Source of the DNA: Octopus sinensis
Lineage: Eukaryota
Direction: 5' to 3'
NCBI RefSeq assembly: GCF_006345805.1
Contig: NC_042998.1
Span: 145,638,001 to 145,702,000, forward strand
DNA length: 64,000 bases
The notes beneath the pieces were generated by a model. The model was not told where the DNA came from. It saw nothing but the letters and a program-made list of their open reading frames with translations, and searched no databases. The translations under genes and the position numbers were made by a program. Shown one piece after another: positions 41,284-59,548 of this stretch. Numbering within the stretch: the first letter of the stretch is position 1; the number at the start of each line of letters is the position of its first letter.

Positions 41284-41372
41284 TTCGTCACTTTGAGGCC
41301 GCGACCTGTTCATTGACAAAAATGCAGCACGGAATGTTGTCAGTGAATAGGTCGCGGTCTCAAAGCGACGAA
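41284..41372. repeat. 36-bp-arm hairpin with a 17-nt loop
   Basis: ttcgtcactttgaggccgcgacctgttcattgacaa pairs with ttgtcagtgaataggtcgcggtctcaaagcgacgaa. There are four differences, all transitions. Confidence 0.92.
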
Positions 41373-42004
41373 AAACACCTTCCACGTTGCAATTGTTTAT
41401 ACACACACGCACGCACACGCACGTACACACACACACATATTTATATACATACCTATATACATATATACATACAGAGAAGGGAAATGCTGCCAGTAACATG
41501 AAACCCAGGAAAATTAGGTGCATGCTTGGGCCGTGGTCGACTAAACTGGCAAAACCGCCAAGTCTGCTTGGTTAATTGGGTTGCTTTTGTACATCTTGCC
41601 AGATGAGAAATAGAACCCATCAAAGTGGGGAGAGGGTGCACGTAGAAGTGTCAAAGCCTATCCAACACATACATACAAATACACACACACACACACACGC
41701 AACACACATTTTGTGTGTGTGTGTGTGAAAATGAGAAATTTCTAGTTTATTGCCAAGGTGCACATTTATCCTACAACACTGGGTGAAGGCTACTAACCCA
41801 GGAGTAAAGTCTGAAGTATGTCGTTAATCGAGTTTGCACCAATTTTCTGCTATCCGTATTTCTGAAAAGTGAGGTTTTTCCCACAGAAGTCTTTCGCCAA
41901 AATAAACAAATCAGGTGTGGGTAGTCTAATGGCTATAATATTTGCTGTTAGACCTTCATAATAATGATGATGATGATAATAATAATTATAATTATAATAA
42001 TAAT

Positions 42005-42048
<44 letters not shown>

Positions 42049-42050
42049 GA

Positions 42051-42617
42051 ATGCCCTGATGCAGTACCAGGCAGTGGCTCTCATGGCTTTTGATGTTAAC
42101 TGATTGGAAATGTTATCATATACATTTTGGTATATATCATATACATCTTGGTATAAAAGATGAGCTACAACAAATATTCTGCTCAATATTACAGATTTTC
42201 TTATCAGTTGTTTGACCTTAACCAGTTGAGCATGTCCCATGGTGGCTGACGATATGTGAATCTCTGATTATGAGCAGAAGTAGTGGGGGAGCCTCATAGC
42301 CATATGTTGAGAGGAATTCCTTCGGGCTTGAATAATTCACCAGTGAAAATATGGGTGTTTCGTTCATCATCCTTAAACAACATTTTTCCGGGACCTTTCG
42401 AGCAGGATGGGCTACTCGACCTGAAGAAAGTTCTATCTGGACCCCTCCTGCAAGGTCATGTGCTATTTATGTCGATATGAGATCACCATGTCGCGTTCAT
42501 ATGATTGTGATGTATATACCTGGTGTACCCTTGTCAGACAGGTAGTCATGATAGGTATATTGGTCTTCGTTATTTTACCCCAGTGTTACTTTGATGGCAT
42601 TCACTGCTCTCTCACTC
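42051..42617 (+). mobile_element. ~570-bp non-coding interspersed element flanked by (AAC/AAT)n, copy 1
   Basis: atgccctgatgcagtaccagg..ctctctcactc-(aat)n, homologous to the next copy. Confidence 0.7.
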
Positions 42618-42637
42618 AATAATGATAATAATAATAA

Positions 42638-43049
42638 ATGCCCTGATACAGTACCAGGTAGTTGCTCTCATGTCTTTTGATCTTAACTGATAGTACATGT
42701 TTTGTCTTGGTATAAAAGATGGGCTACAGCAAATATTCTGCACAATATCATTTGATGTTATATACATCACCTCTGGAAACATGGGTGTTTCCTTCAATAT
42801 TCTTAAATAACCCTTATTCATGGACCTTTTGAGCAGGATGGTCTACTCTTCCTGAAGAAAATTCTAACTCAGCCCCACCTGCAAGGTCATATGCCGTTTA
42901 TCTTGATACGAGATCACCATGTCACGCACACATGGTTGTGACGCATGTGCCTTGTGTACCCTTATCAGACGGGTAGTCATGATGAGTATAGTGGGCTTCG
43001 TATATTTTACCCCAGTGTTACTTTGATGGCACGCGCTGCTTTCTCACTC
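42638..43049 (+). mobile_element. Same family, copy 2, internally deleted
   Basis: Same termini. It lacks the segment corresponding to ~42185-42340 of copy 1 and differs by many substitutions. Confidence 0.7.
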
Positions 43050-43114
43050 AATAATGATAATAGCAACAATAATGATGCTGAAGATAGCAACTTTACTACT
43101 ACTACTCTACTACT

Positions 43115-43145
<31 letters not shown>

Positions 43146-43273
43146 CACTACTACTACCACTACTACTGTTGTTGTTGCTGCTGCTACTACTACTACTACT
43201 ACTTCTTCTTCTGCTGCTGCTACTACTACTATTACTACTGCTACTACAAATAATAATAACAATAATAATAATA

Positions 43274-47853
<4,580 letters not shown>

Positions 47854-48331
47854 AGATTCCCAAGGAAAAAAAGCTTAAAATGTTGTCTATCGATTGATCG
47901 GTCGTTGGTGAGGTGTGAGTAACAGAAATTGGAATATAATGGCGGCATTAGGCAATGACATGGCGTATCCTTGTAAATGGCGCCGCCTAAATGCATCATC
48001 GACGCCGACAACACGTTCGTTCCTCTTAAATTATCCTCATTATAGTCACACCGTCAACATATTTTCATGATCGATAGCGTTGTCACTATCATCGTCGACA
48101 TCGTCGTTGTCATCGACTTCCTTATGGTCGTCATCAGCGTCCTCATCCTCATTATCATCGTCCTCGTCGTCACTGTCACTATTAACCATCAACAATGACG
48201 TAGTCTTGTCATTGTTGCTATCAATACCATCACGATCATCACTATCATGATCATCATCCTCATAACGAGCACTAACGCAAACTCCACCACCACCGCCACC
48301 CCCATCACCACTATCATCATAATCGCCATCG

Positions 48332-48339
<8 letters not shown>

Positions 48340-48397
<58 letters not shown>

Positions 48398-48685
48398 CAA
48401 CATCAACAGCAACAACAACATTAGAATATCCGTCATAATCGTCAATAGAACTACCGCTAATACTATCACCTCTATCAGCAAAATCATTACAACCGCTATC
48501 ACAACTACAATCACTACCACCACCAGCATATTTCGAAATCATATTTTCATCACTACTTCTAAATGACATCATTACTATAGCTACCTTCAAAACCATCTTC
48601 AGTGTATTCAACTTCATCATCATCATTATCGTCATCATCATCATCCTTATCATCATCATCATCATCATCATCATCATGTCATCAT

Positions 48686-48734
<49 letters not shown>

Positions 48735-49013
48735 CAACATCAACAGCAACAACAACATTAGAATATCCGTCATAATCGTCAATAGAACTACCGCTAATAC
48801 TATCACCTCTATCAGCAAAATCATTACAACCGCTATCACAACTACAATCACTACCACCACCAGCATATTTCGAAATCATATTTTCATCACTACTTCTAAA
48901 TGACATCATTACTATAGCTACCTTCAAAACCATCTTCAGTGTATTCAACTTCATCATCATCATTATCGTCATCATCATCATCCTTATCATCATCATCATC
49001 ATCATCATCATCA
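48340..49013. repeat. Tandem duplication, 337-bp period, within an (ATC)n-rich region
   Basis: acaacatcaacagcaac starts at 48397 and 48734, and the unique parts look identical. Confidence 0.92.
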
Positions 49014-49714
49014 TTGTCATCATTATCATCATCGTCATCAACGTATGCATCATTAGTGCCATCACAATTATCATCGTCATTATTATCAATATTGCCATTA
49101 TTATTCCCTACCACCACTCCCCTCACTTCATCACCCATATTATGATCCTCATCGTTCTTAATGTTGTCGTTAATACACTCACACCCACACCACCACAAAC
49201 TGCCATCGCTACCACCGCCATATTGTCAGCCATTAATAAAGCCAACTTATCTATCAAGGTCAACGATATTGTTGTCATCCTCATAATCAAAATCTGCATT
49301 TTTATCATCATCATCATCATCATCGTCATTGTCATCAACATCAATATCGTCATCGTTGTCATCTACCGAAGCAATATGAACAACCGCGTTTTTAGGAGCA
49401 GTAGCTGACAGACTGACGTGGCGATTTAAATAAGAGTGTTTACTGTTATTTCCAGCAGGTAGACATACTCAGTATATCACTTAATTAATTTTAATCCTTC
49501 AGCTATTTAATGCATTTTTTGAGACCTGCAATTGCCTTTAAGCGCAGTTATGTTGTTTCTTGTTGTAAATCAGAATAACTGAAACATCCACGTGAGTTAT
49601 GTGTACATATATATACACTACACACATTCAGAGATACACACACATATATGCATATAGATATATGCGTATACATATGCACATGTATATACATGTACGATAT
49701 ATGTAGATGTATAC

Positions 49715-49769
<55 letters not shown>

Positions 49770-49900
49770 AATGCATGTATTTATATATATATATATATAT
49801 ATGTATTTATATATATATGAATACATATACATAAATAAAGCTTCGTATGTACCAATGAACGAAACTGTCGGACCTGGATTTTTCTGTTCGTATCACCAAA

Positions 49901-49976
<76 letters not shown>

Positions 49977-49978
49977 TC

Positions 49979-50013
<35 letters not shown>

Positions 50014-51921
50014 TGTATGTATGTATGTATGTATGTATGTATTTATGTATATATGTAAGTACTTATGTATGTATGTATGTATGTATGTATGTATGTATGT
50101 ATGTATGTATAAAGCGGGAGAGAAAGAGAGAGTGAGAGAGAGAATGAGAGACAGACAGAGAAAATGTGGAAGTAAATGTTGCCGGGATAAACCATTGAAA
50201 AGACACAAGGCAAAAGCCTTAAAATCACCTCATATTGCTATCGAGAATTAGCTAAGAGTTGCAGGATTTGCTAAACAAAGACTTTCCAGTTCCATTCGTT
50301 GAATAAAAAAATAACGATAATATTTGCTGTGAATTAATATAAAATCTGTTGCCATTGTCACTTCATTATCGATAGTAATTTATATTCATCTTATTTACTG
50401 CACCAAATTATATGAAAGGATTTCTTATAAGGGTAATATAGAAAGAGACTATGGTTGTTAATGAAAGTATGCTAAGGACTGAACTGCATCTTATGATGAA
50501 TATATTTGTTAAATTATTCAGGAAACGCAGATAGACGCGCCGGTTTTACAGATAGAGGTTAGGTGAGCCCTAAAATCTTCGTCGAAATGAATTTCATTAC
50601 ATACACACTCACACAAGAGAGAGGGAGAGAGAGATCTGAAGTAAATCATATTTAAGAGTGGAACTCGAAGTAGTTAAGGCTATAATGACATAATATTGTG
50701 TTTAAAAAAACCAACTGAAAGTAACATAGAGGCTACTTGACTGTATGCTGGATAGGTTCAGTGACTTGACATATATCCAAGAAATTTCTGGCTGTCGTTA
50801 GAAAATTCCACATTATGAATGATATTGACCATTTACATACTTGTTGACTAGCTTTGGCTTAGAACGAAAACAAAAATTTTTTTAAGTACTTAACATTGGT
50901 CGAGATATTTAAATGGCATATTAGCATCTTGAAAGCATTTGCTAACACTCAAATACAATAGATTAGCCATGTAGCATCTGTGCATATGTGGTAAATAACA
51001 TCATGAAATTTGGAAAATCGTACATCAGAATATATTTGACAATTGACAATCAAGATCCAGCTCTTCATTATTAAAACATCAGGGAAAGGAGACCTTGAAT
51101 TATCGTAAGAGAGCCATAGATTGTGATCTATGACAAGACCATAGATAAATGGGACAGTTTATCTTGAACCCGTGATTACTGCGTTAGCTCTCACTTTTAA
51201 GGTTATGTTTTATGATCCCGTAGTAAGAAATAAAACTAGTTTTTCTTGTTATTAGTACAAGCCTTTAATGAACATGTACAAGTGTATCAAACATTTACCT
51301 TGTAAAATACAGATATAGTGTGAACACGAGAAGATATGTGCACACATATATGTTAAAGCATATGTACAGACTCTATGTCTAAGTAATGCATCTGTAAATG
51401 TATGATGGGTTAATACACGCATGCATACATATATACATACATACATACATCTATCCATACATACATACATACATACATACATACATACATACATACATAC
51501 ATACATACATACATACATACATACATACATACATACTTGCATGCATACATGCATGCATGCATGCATCTATAGACCTATGTTACAACATTTCTCAGGTGTT
51601 TATTATATTTTAATAGCAGTGGTTATTCATGATACTCAAAACAATTTTTCTTTTGTCCAAGCGGCAATTTTCAAAACACTTGAAATATCGGCCATTTTAT
51701 AATTTACCCAGACGGTGAGAAATTTTGCTGAACATTTAAGCTTGGAGAATTTCGAAGTAATTAAGTATACGCGCGCGCACACGCACACACACACACATAC
51801 ACACACACGCACGCACACACACACGCACATTGTTTATGTTTGTACACATATAAATATATTGATGGACACGCAGTTTGTAAATCCGAGTAAATTATGTGTG
51901 GGTGTGTTTGTGTGTGCATAC

Positions 51922-51980
<59 letters not shown>

Positions 51981-53050
51981 ATGGATGGATGAATGTGTGT
52001 ATGCATATATCCATATATATAAATATATGTATATACATATACAGAAACGTAAAATCCAGGAATCGAGTGGTAGGAAAATAGTTAGCTTCGGGATAATCCG
52101 TAGGAAATATAAAAACACAATCTTCAGGAAGATTAGCGGTTTTTTGAGACAGGAAGTTGCAGGTATTTTTCTTTTATTGAAGAACGATGAGCCGAAAAAA
52201 AATCTCTTTTTATATTCCTCGGTAGGGAACCAAGGTTGCCGAGTGTGCGAAATACAAGAGTTACGGAATGGTCTACATATGTTTCATAGCGCGTGAAACC
52301 TCAGAAGTGGTAACATCCAAGTGAGGTGTGTACCGCCGGCACCTCTTCAAGCCAAGGATATATATATATATATATCAGAGAGAGAGACAGACAGACAGAG
52401 AAAGAGAGAGAGAAAATGGGCAGGAGAAAGACAGAGAGGGAGAGTGAGGAAGAGAGAAAGAATGCAGGTGTATGTATATGTATATGAGACTGCGTCAATA
52501 TTTGTGTATGCGTCTGTGCGTACGCATATCAGAAATAGCTTTTCCTTCAAATATGCTATATTGAATACTCAGCTACGCTTAATCGCGCTCATCTTCTTTC
52601 TTTTCCTCCTTTTTCTTTTGCAATTAATAATTCTTCATTTCACTTTTAGTCATTTTCGTCTTTGTTTTGCACCACAATAACATTCTTTAACATCGTCAAC
52701 GTTTCTAAACGGCCTCATTTTTATGGAACTTTCTACGTTGTACTCATATTCCTATAATATTTCTTATTCGTATTTCTATTTATTTATAATTAATATTTTT
52801 ATATATTTCTTAAATACATTCACTATGTATTTGTTAGACATGTTGGTGTGTATTTCTTAGACATATATAACTGTGTATTTCGTAAATAACGTCATTGAAA
52901 TGCTTTCCGTTTCATTAACGATAAACTCAAATATTATTGCATGTTGAAAAATAATGATTCGAATTAGGCGATCGGATTATAGTTTGTATGTGTGTGTGTC
53001 TATGTGTATACACACACACAAACACTCAGATACAAATGTGTATGTACATA

Positions 53051-53125
<75 letters not shown>

Positions 53126-53235
53126 CATATATACATATGTACACATATATGTACATATGTATTCATGTATGTATAGTATGTATTTGTACATATGCTTATG
53201 CGCCTACACACACAGTGACTTACATACACATGTAT

Positions 53236-53298
<63 letters not shown>

Positions 53299-53773
53299 AT
53301 ATACATACATATTCTATGAAAAGATGCTTTCAAACGCTGCAACAATATATTCAGAAATTGATTCAGGTTTGCTTTTGGGGTATTTTTTTTTCCTTCAAAT
53401 TAATCAAATACACGAACCTCATTAAAGCTACATTCCTGAAACGTGAGTTAGCTTTCTAAGTGTATAGAAAGCGACAGTGACTAGGCAGTAAATATAGATA
53501 CACACATACATATGTACATTTATACACATGCTATGCACTTACAGTTATATGTACAATTGGAGCATATGTGCCTATATACGTGTATACGTATGTACACATA
53601 TAGTCACACATGCATAAATGCATACACGTGCACATATATATATAAACATATATATGTATATACATACATATCTATATGTATATGCGCACACACACACACT
53701 TATGCATTTGCTTGTGTATGCGTGCATATATATATATGTATGTATGTGTGTATCATGCTTGTATATGCATATT

Positions 53774-53806
<33 letters not shown>

Positions 53807-54159
53807 AACTATAAAAAATGTTATGAGAATGTGATTATGAATGAAAATAAGAAGGCACTTGCTTTTTCTTTCAAATATGCTACCGATTTCAATCGCGTTA
53901 AGAAAATGATTTGTCATGCTGAAATATAAGGAAATATGAACTGAAAAGCATTAAATTAAATAAACATTTCATCATATGAATTCTAGAAGTTCACATGATT
54001 TTATTTCAAAAGTCACACACACACACACACACATACATACATACATACATACACGCACACACGCACACACACACATACACATACACAGAGAAAAGAGCAC
54101 GAGAGAGAATGCGAGAGAGGAAGAGAGATATTGGTGTTTGTGAATTTAAGAGGTTCAAA

Positions 54160-54458
54160 TCTTTATATATAAAAGGGAAGTTGTATGTCTGTCTCCTACG
54201 ATTTAGATTCCTAACTACTCCCACATGTTACGGTGAAGTTTAACCAAAAGCGGGTATCTTATAGTTGTGATTCATATCGAGCCCTTCTGGGTATTAGCGC
54301 GCGTCTACGATGAGTCTACGATTTAAAAAAAAATTACCATCATTTTTTTCCCATTTTGAATGCATTTTTTGGCTATTATATAAGGGAAGTAACTCTCTAA
54401 AAATGCTTATATAGTTATTTTCCTTACAAATCCGAGCAACGCCGGGCGACACTACTAG
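54160..54458 (+). mobile_element. Non-autonomous Helitron (~300 bp)
   Basis: 5' A|TC tttatatataaaag, subterminal hairpin ccgagcaacgccggg, 3' CTAG|T, no TSD. Confidence 0.8.
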
Positions 54459-55245
54459 TATAATATATATTGCAATTTAAAGAAGCTATTTGTTCTCCCA
54501 CGCGCTGATACACGCATTTTTTGTTTTGTTTTTTTGTTTGTTTTTAAGAGACTAGTGTATTGACTAGTGTATTGCATAGTTCGTTTTGTGATGAAAAATG
54601 CAACTGCAAATATGTCTAAATGTTTAGTCTTTGATCTTAAATGAGTAGGTCATACATAAAGTAAGACAGAAGATATAAACAAGTACATCTATAAAAATGG
54701 ATGATAGGGTTGTTTTGAATCCTCCTTAATAATAACAGTATCGAAAAGAATGTATTTAAAATTTCAATAAGTGAACTTTTGGGTTTCTTTTCAAAAGAAT
54801 TGTAACAGAAGTTTCTTTAAATGTTAAAATCAAAAGACGTTTATAAATAGCGTTCATTACAACTTGGATAAGTTCGATTAACTTACGTGCTTTTTGCGTG
54901 AAATATGATTCCAAAGACAAAGTAATTCTATGCCGATAGGAATTATATACTGCCTCAGTCCATTCATGTTGGTCATGCAACCTTAATTATAACCTAACAC
55001 CATCATAACATTTACCCCCACGTGATGTCGGCTGTCGCTAATGTGTTCACACGATGGCTAGTTACTGGTCAACTCATTTCGTCCGTCTTCACGCTTGGAG
55101 TTCCCATTCTGCCGACTGTATCTTTCGTCCGGTCAGGATCGATAAAATAAGTACCAATTGAGCTCTAGGTTCGATTATTTTCAACTTAGCCCCTTCCCCG
55201 AAAACGCTGGTCTTTTGCCAAAATTTGAATCCGATATTTTTGATA

Positions 55246-55254
<9 letters not shown>

Positions 55255-55277
<23 letters not shown>

Positions 55278-55740
55278 CCTGTGTTTGTCCCCCAACATCG
55301 CTTGACAACCGATGCTGGTGTGTTTACGTCCCGTAATTTATCGGTTTGTCAAAGAGACCGATAGAATAAGTAATAGGCTTACAAAGAATAAGCCCTGGGG
55401 TCGATTTGCTCGACTAAAGGTGCTCCAGCAAGGCTGCAGTCAAATGACTGAAACAAGTAAAAGAATAAAAGAATAAACGAATATATATATATATATATAT
55501 ATGAGCATCTGTGTGTGTGTGTTTGTCCACCCACCCACCATCACCTGACAATCGATATTGGTATGTTTACGACTTCGTAACCTAGCGTTTCGGCAAAGGA
55601 GACCGATAGAATAAGTACTAGGCTTAGAAAGAATAAGTCAATTGAGTTGACTTCTTCGACTAAAAAAACGTCTAAGGTGGTGCTCCAGCATGGCCGCAGT
55701 CAAATGATTGAAACAAGTAAAGGAGTAAAAGGATAAAAAG
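55255..55740 (+). mobile_element. Two tandem 3' halves of the CORE-like SINE
   Basis: tgtttgtcc..gatgctggtgtgtttacg..gcagtcaaatga(c/t)tgaaacaagtaaa occurs twice. Confidence 0.85.
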
Positions 55741-55913
55741 AATAAATGTAATAACGTAAATATTCCACTTTATTTTATTTAATTCCATATTTCATTTCCT
55801 GGGAAAATTCGAAAACTTTCTTCACCTGTATATACAGGTGAAGAAAGTTCAAATAATCGGGCAATTCCTTCATCTCTTCTGATGAACCATATTATTATTA
55901 CTGCCAATACAAG

Positions 55914-56120
55914 GAGGCTAGCTGTTAGAATCGTTAGCACACCTCCAAACAAATTGCTCAGCAGTATTTAGTCCACGTTTTGAGTTCAAATTCCACCGAC
56001 GTCATCTTTGCCGTTCATCCTTTCGGGGTCGATGAAATAAGTACCAGTTGAACTCTGGGGTCGATATAATCGACTTGTCCCCACATCCGAAATTGCTGGC
56101 CTTAGGTCAAAATTTTAAAT
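55914..56120 (+). mobile_element. tRNA-derived SINE, older copy
   Basis: gaatcgttagc..gagttcaaattcc..gggtcgatataatcgac. Confidence 0.75.
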
Positions 56121-56299
56121 CATTGTTACTACTAATTCACTATTCTGTACACAAAGACGTTTTATTCTATGATGATGATGTGTATACATGCGCGCGCACG
56201 TGCACACACGCGCGTGTGTGTGCGTGTGTGTGTGTGCTATTATCTATCTTTCTGTGTGTGTATATGCGTGAGGGAGCGAGAGAGAGTCAGAGGCAGAGA

Positions 56300-56680
56300 G
56301 AAATTATGTGTCTTTGTGGTAAAAAGTTTGTTTCCCTGCCACATGGTTTCGGGTTCAGTCCTACTGCGTGACACCTTGGGCAAGCGTCTTCTATTATAGC
56401 CTTGAATCGCCCAAAGTCTTGTAGATTTCAGCACCTGTATATGTATGTATATATGTATGTATTTGTGTGCCTGTGTTTGTCCCCACCACCGCTTAACAAC
56501 CAGTGTTGGTGTGGTTATGTCCCTGTAACTTAGTGGTTTAGCAAAAGATTCAATAGAATAATCACCAGGTTTAAATAAGTCATGGGGTTAATTCGTTCGA
56601 CTAAACTTCTTCAATGTGATACTCCATCATGGCCGCAATCTAATGACTGAAACAAGTAAAAGAATAAAAAATAAAAGAAT
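56300..56680 (+). mobile_element. CORE-like SINE
   Basis: ..ggttcagtcctactgcgtgacaccttgggcaagcg..catggccgcaatctaatgactgaaacaag. Confidence 0.8.
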
Positions 56681-57094
56681 GTATGTATATACTTCAGATG
56701 TTCCAGTGATCTGATGAGCTAGCTTTCTTTAGTTGAATCTTAATTTGTGAATATACAACTGCGTTGTACAAGACTCATCATAATGAAAGCATATCGCATA
56801 ATTTCTTGTATACTGAAATTAATACAACATGAAGTAGGTTGCGAAACAGTCATAACCCTATGGACGTTGCGTTGTTAAATAAATATATACTTACCACTCA
56901 AACCTTCTGACTTTATGTTTTTATATCCTCCTCACAGAATAAGTTTATCACTCGTATTTCTAGATATTCAGCTATGCTTTACAGTACTTTGTAATGTACT
57001 TTATAGTACTTTGTAATTGACAAGCACGTGGACTGATAGCCGGGTCTGTGATAGCCACACGATGCTCTGAACCCACATCTTATACTACGCATTT

Positions 57095-57129
<35 letters not shown>

Positions 57130-57246
57130 TACGTACGTACGTATGTATGTATGTATGTATGTATGTATGTATGTATGTATGTATGTATGTATGTATGTAT
57201 GTGCGTATGTATGTATGCAGATAGGTATGTACGTACCTATCTGCAG

Positions 57247-57480
57247 GGCGGCGAGCTGGCGGAGAAACGTTAGCACACCGAGCGAAATGCTTAGCGGTAC
57301 TTCGTCTGCCGTTATGTTCTGAGTTCACATTCCGCCGAGGTCGACTTTGCCTTTCATCCTTTCGGGGGTCGATTAAATAAGTACCAGTTACGCATTGGGG
57401 TCGATATAATTGACTTAATCCCTTTGTCTGTCCTTGTTTGTCCTCTCTGTTTGTCCTCTCTTTGCGGGTAGTAAAGAAAT
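57247..57480 (+). mobile_element. tRNA-derived SINE with a 14-bp TSD
   Basis: Complete copy. ataggtatgtacgt occurs at 57221-57234 and 57479-57492. Confidence 0.92.
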
Positions 57481-57782
57481 AGGTATGTACGTGCGTATAT
57501 CATCGCTGAAGACTTCGTCATAGTTTTGCATATCTAAGAATAGTCATTAGTTTTCAATTTCTATGAATGGATGAAGTCGTACAGATGCAAGCTAACGAAC
57601 ACTTCGATCTTTTTCATAATGTTCCTGCTGCACTCTAACGATAACCGTGGCAAACTGTGTTAATTGCTTAGAGAAACTTGGATGAGGCAATTGCGAATAA
57701 ATGCCACACCACATTTGATAGAACTGCTGTTATTTTGAATAAGAAACAAGCACTTTCATTACACTGACATATTCACAACACA

Positions 57783-58155
57783 GTGGAGGCGCAATAGTCC
57801 ACAGTTTAGGGCAGCGGAATAGCGGTCGTAGGATCGCAGTTTCGATTCCCAAACCGGGCGTTGTGAGTGTTTATTGAGCGAAAACAGCTAAACCTCCACG
57901 AGGATTCGGCAGGGTGTGGTGGCGAACCCTGCTGGACTCTTTCACCACAACTTCCTCTCACTCTTTCTTCCTGTTTCTGTTGTACTTGTATTTCAAAGGG
58001 CCAGCCTTGTCACACTCTGTGTCACACTGATTCTCCCCGAGAACTACGTTAAGGGTACACATGTCTGTAGAGTAGTCAGTCACTTGCACGTTAATTTCAC
58101 AAGCAGGCTGTGAACTGGAGCCCTCGTTGTCGTAACCGACGGAGTGCCACCCATT
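57783..58155 (+). mobile_element. Third tRNA-derived SINE family
   Basis: tRNA-like head ggaggcgcaatag..ggatcgcagtttcgattccc. Its 3' part recurs degenerately at 12250-12440, 31110-31295 and 31780-31990. Confidence 0.75.
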
Positions 58156-59515
58156 CACAACACACTTTTATGCACATGCATATATACACTTACACACACT
58201 TATCGAACAGACTTGTGCATATGTACATAGCGTAAATAATCCCATCTAACAGAAACGAGCACAACAAATACATGAATATCCACAGCAGGAAGCACAACGT
58301 GACAAAAGCAGGTGAGTTATCAACATAATGCTCTGATGAGTACTAGTTTCGCATGCAACCAACAAAAGCTACCATGACTTCAACAAAAATACCGACATAA
58401 ACAAAAAGATAGAACTCCTCTAATATTCATCTGTTAGTTCATATGATTAATTCATATTTATTTAGTCATTTCCTTTTATTTGCTATTCTTATATATTTTG
58501 ATGGGGAAAAAAACGATCGTTTTCATATTTTCGTTTCTCGCATGTAAATATGATATTTGTATTGTTCCCTATGACAATGTCGTGAAGATAAGGTTTCGGA
58601 TAGAAAATTAAAAGAATAATATTTATGGTGGCCATACCAGTTTCAATGAGTAGCATTAGACTCTGACCGTTTTGCTTCCGGTATAAATTTTCGTGCAGTA
58701 CAAACGGAATGAAAGTTTAAAAGTCACAAGCGACTGTCTTTATCATAAAATGGTGGTATTGTTGTATGTTCTATAGGAAACTTCATAGAATAAAGTAAAC
58801 TTAGACACGTAACAACACAAATAGACTTACAAATACACTGCAAGGCACGTACATTCACATATACACATACACTCACATATACACACATGTACTCACTTCT
58901 TACACTGTCGTGTAGACACACATACATATATATACCTACTGACACACATATATATATATACACACATCATATACTGTCTAGCAGACACGCATACACGCAT
59001 ACCGACAAACATACATGCATTCACACATATATACATACATTCAAATATATATATATATATATATACATACACACACACATGCACGCGTAACATACACTAT
59101 CATACAGAAACATATTTATACACATACGCACGTAAACATATACACGCATCATTCGCTGTCAAGCAGACACATACATACACACTCACACACACACACATAC
59201 ACAACATTTAGGGTCACGCAGGTATTATAATAACGCTTCAATGGCAACATATAGATGTATTGTTACAATCACATATGCTATATCCGTAACCATTCATATG
59301 TTATTCCATTATTCCTTCGTTCTTTCAGTGATTGCTGTCACTGGACGGGGTTGGTGGTAAAGGGAGGCTTAGTCGATCATAGCAACTCCAGTTCTTATTT
59401 CAGAATCTATATGTATGTGTATGTATGTATGTATGTATAAATCTCTCTATATATGTAAGTATATACATTTATGTGTAATACACGCACTCGCGTATGTGTG
59501 TGTGTGTGTGTGTGA

Positions 59516-59548
<33 letters not shown>

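Noticed and set aside
56712-56730. CTGATGA-gctagc (and similarly CTGATGA at 58334)
   Set aside because: Followed by TTTC rather than GAAA, and no helices I or III can be formed.
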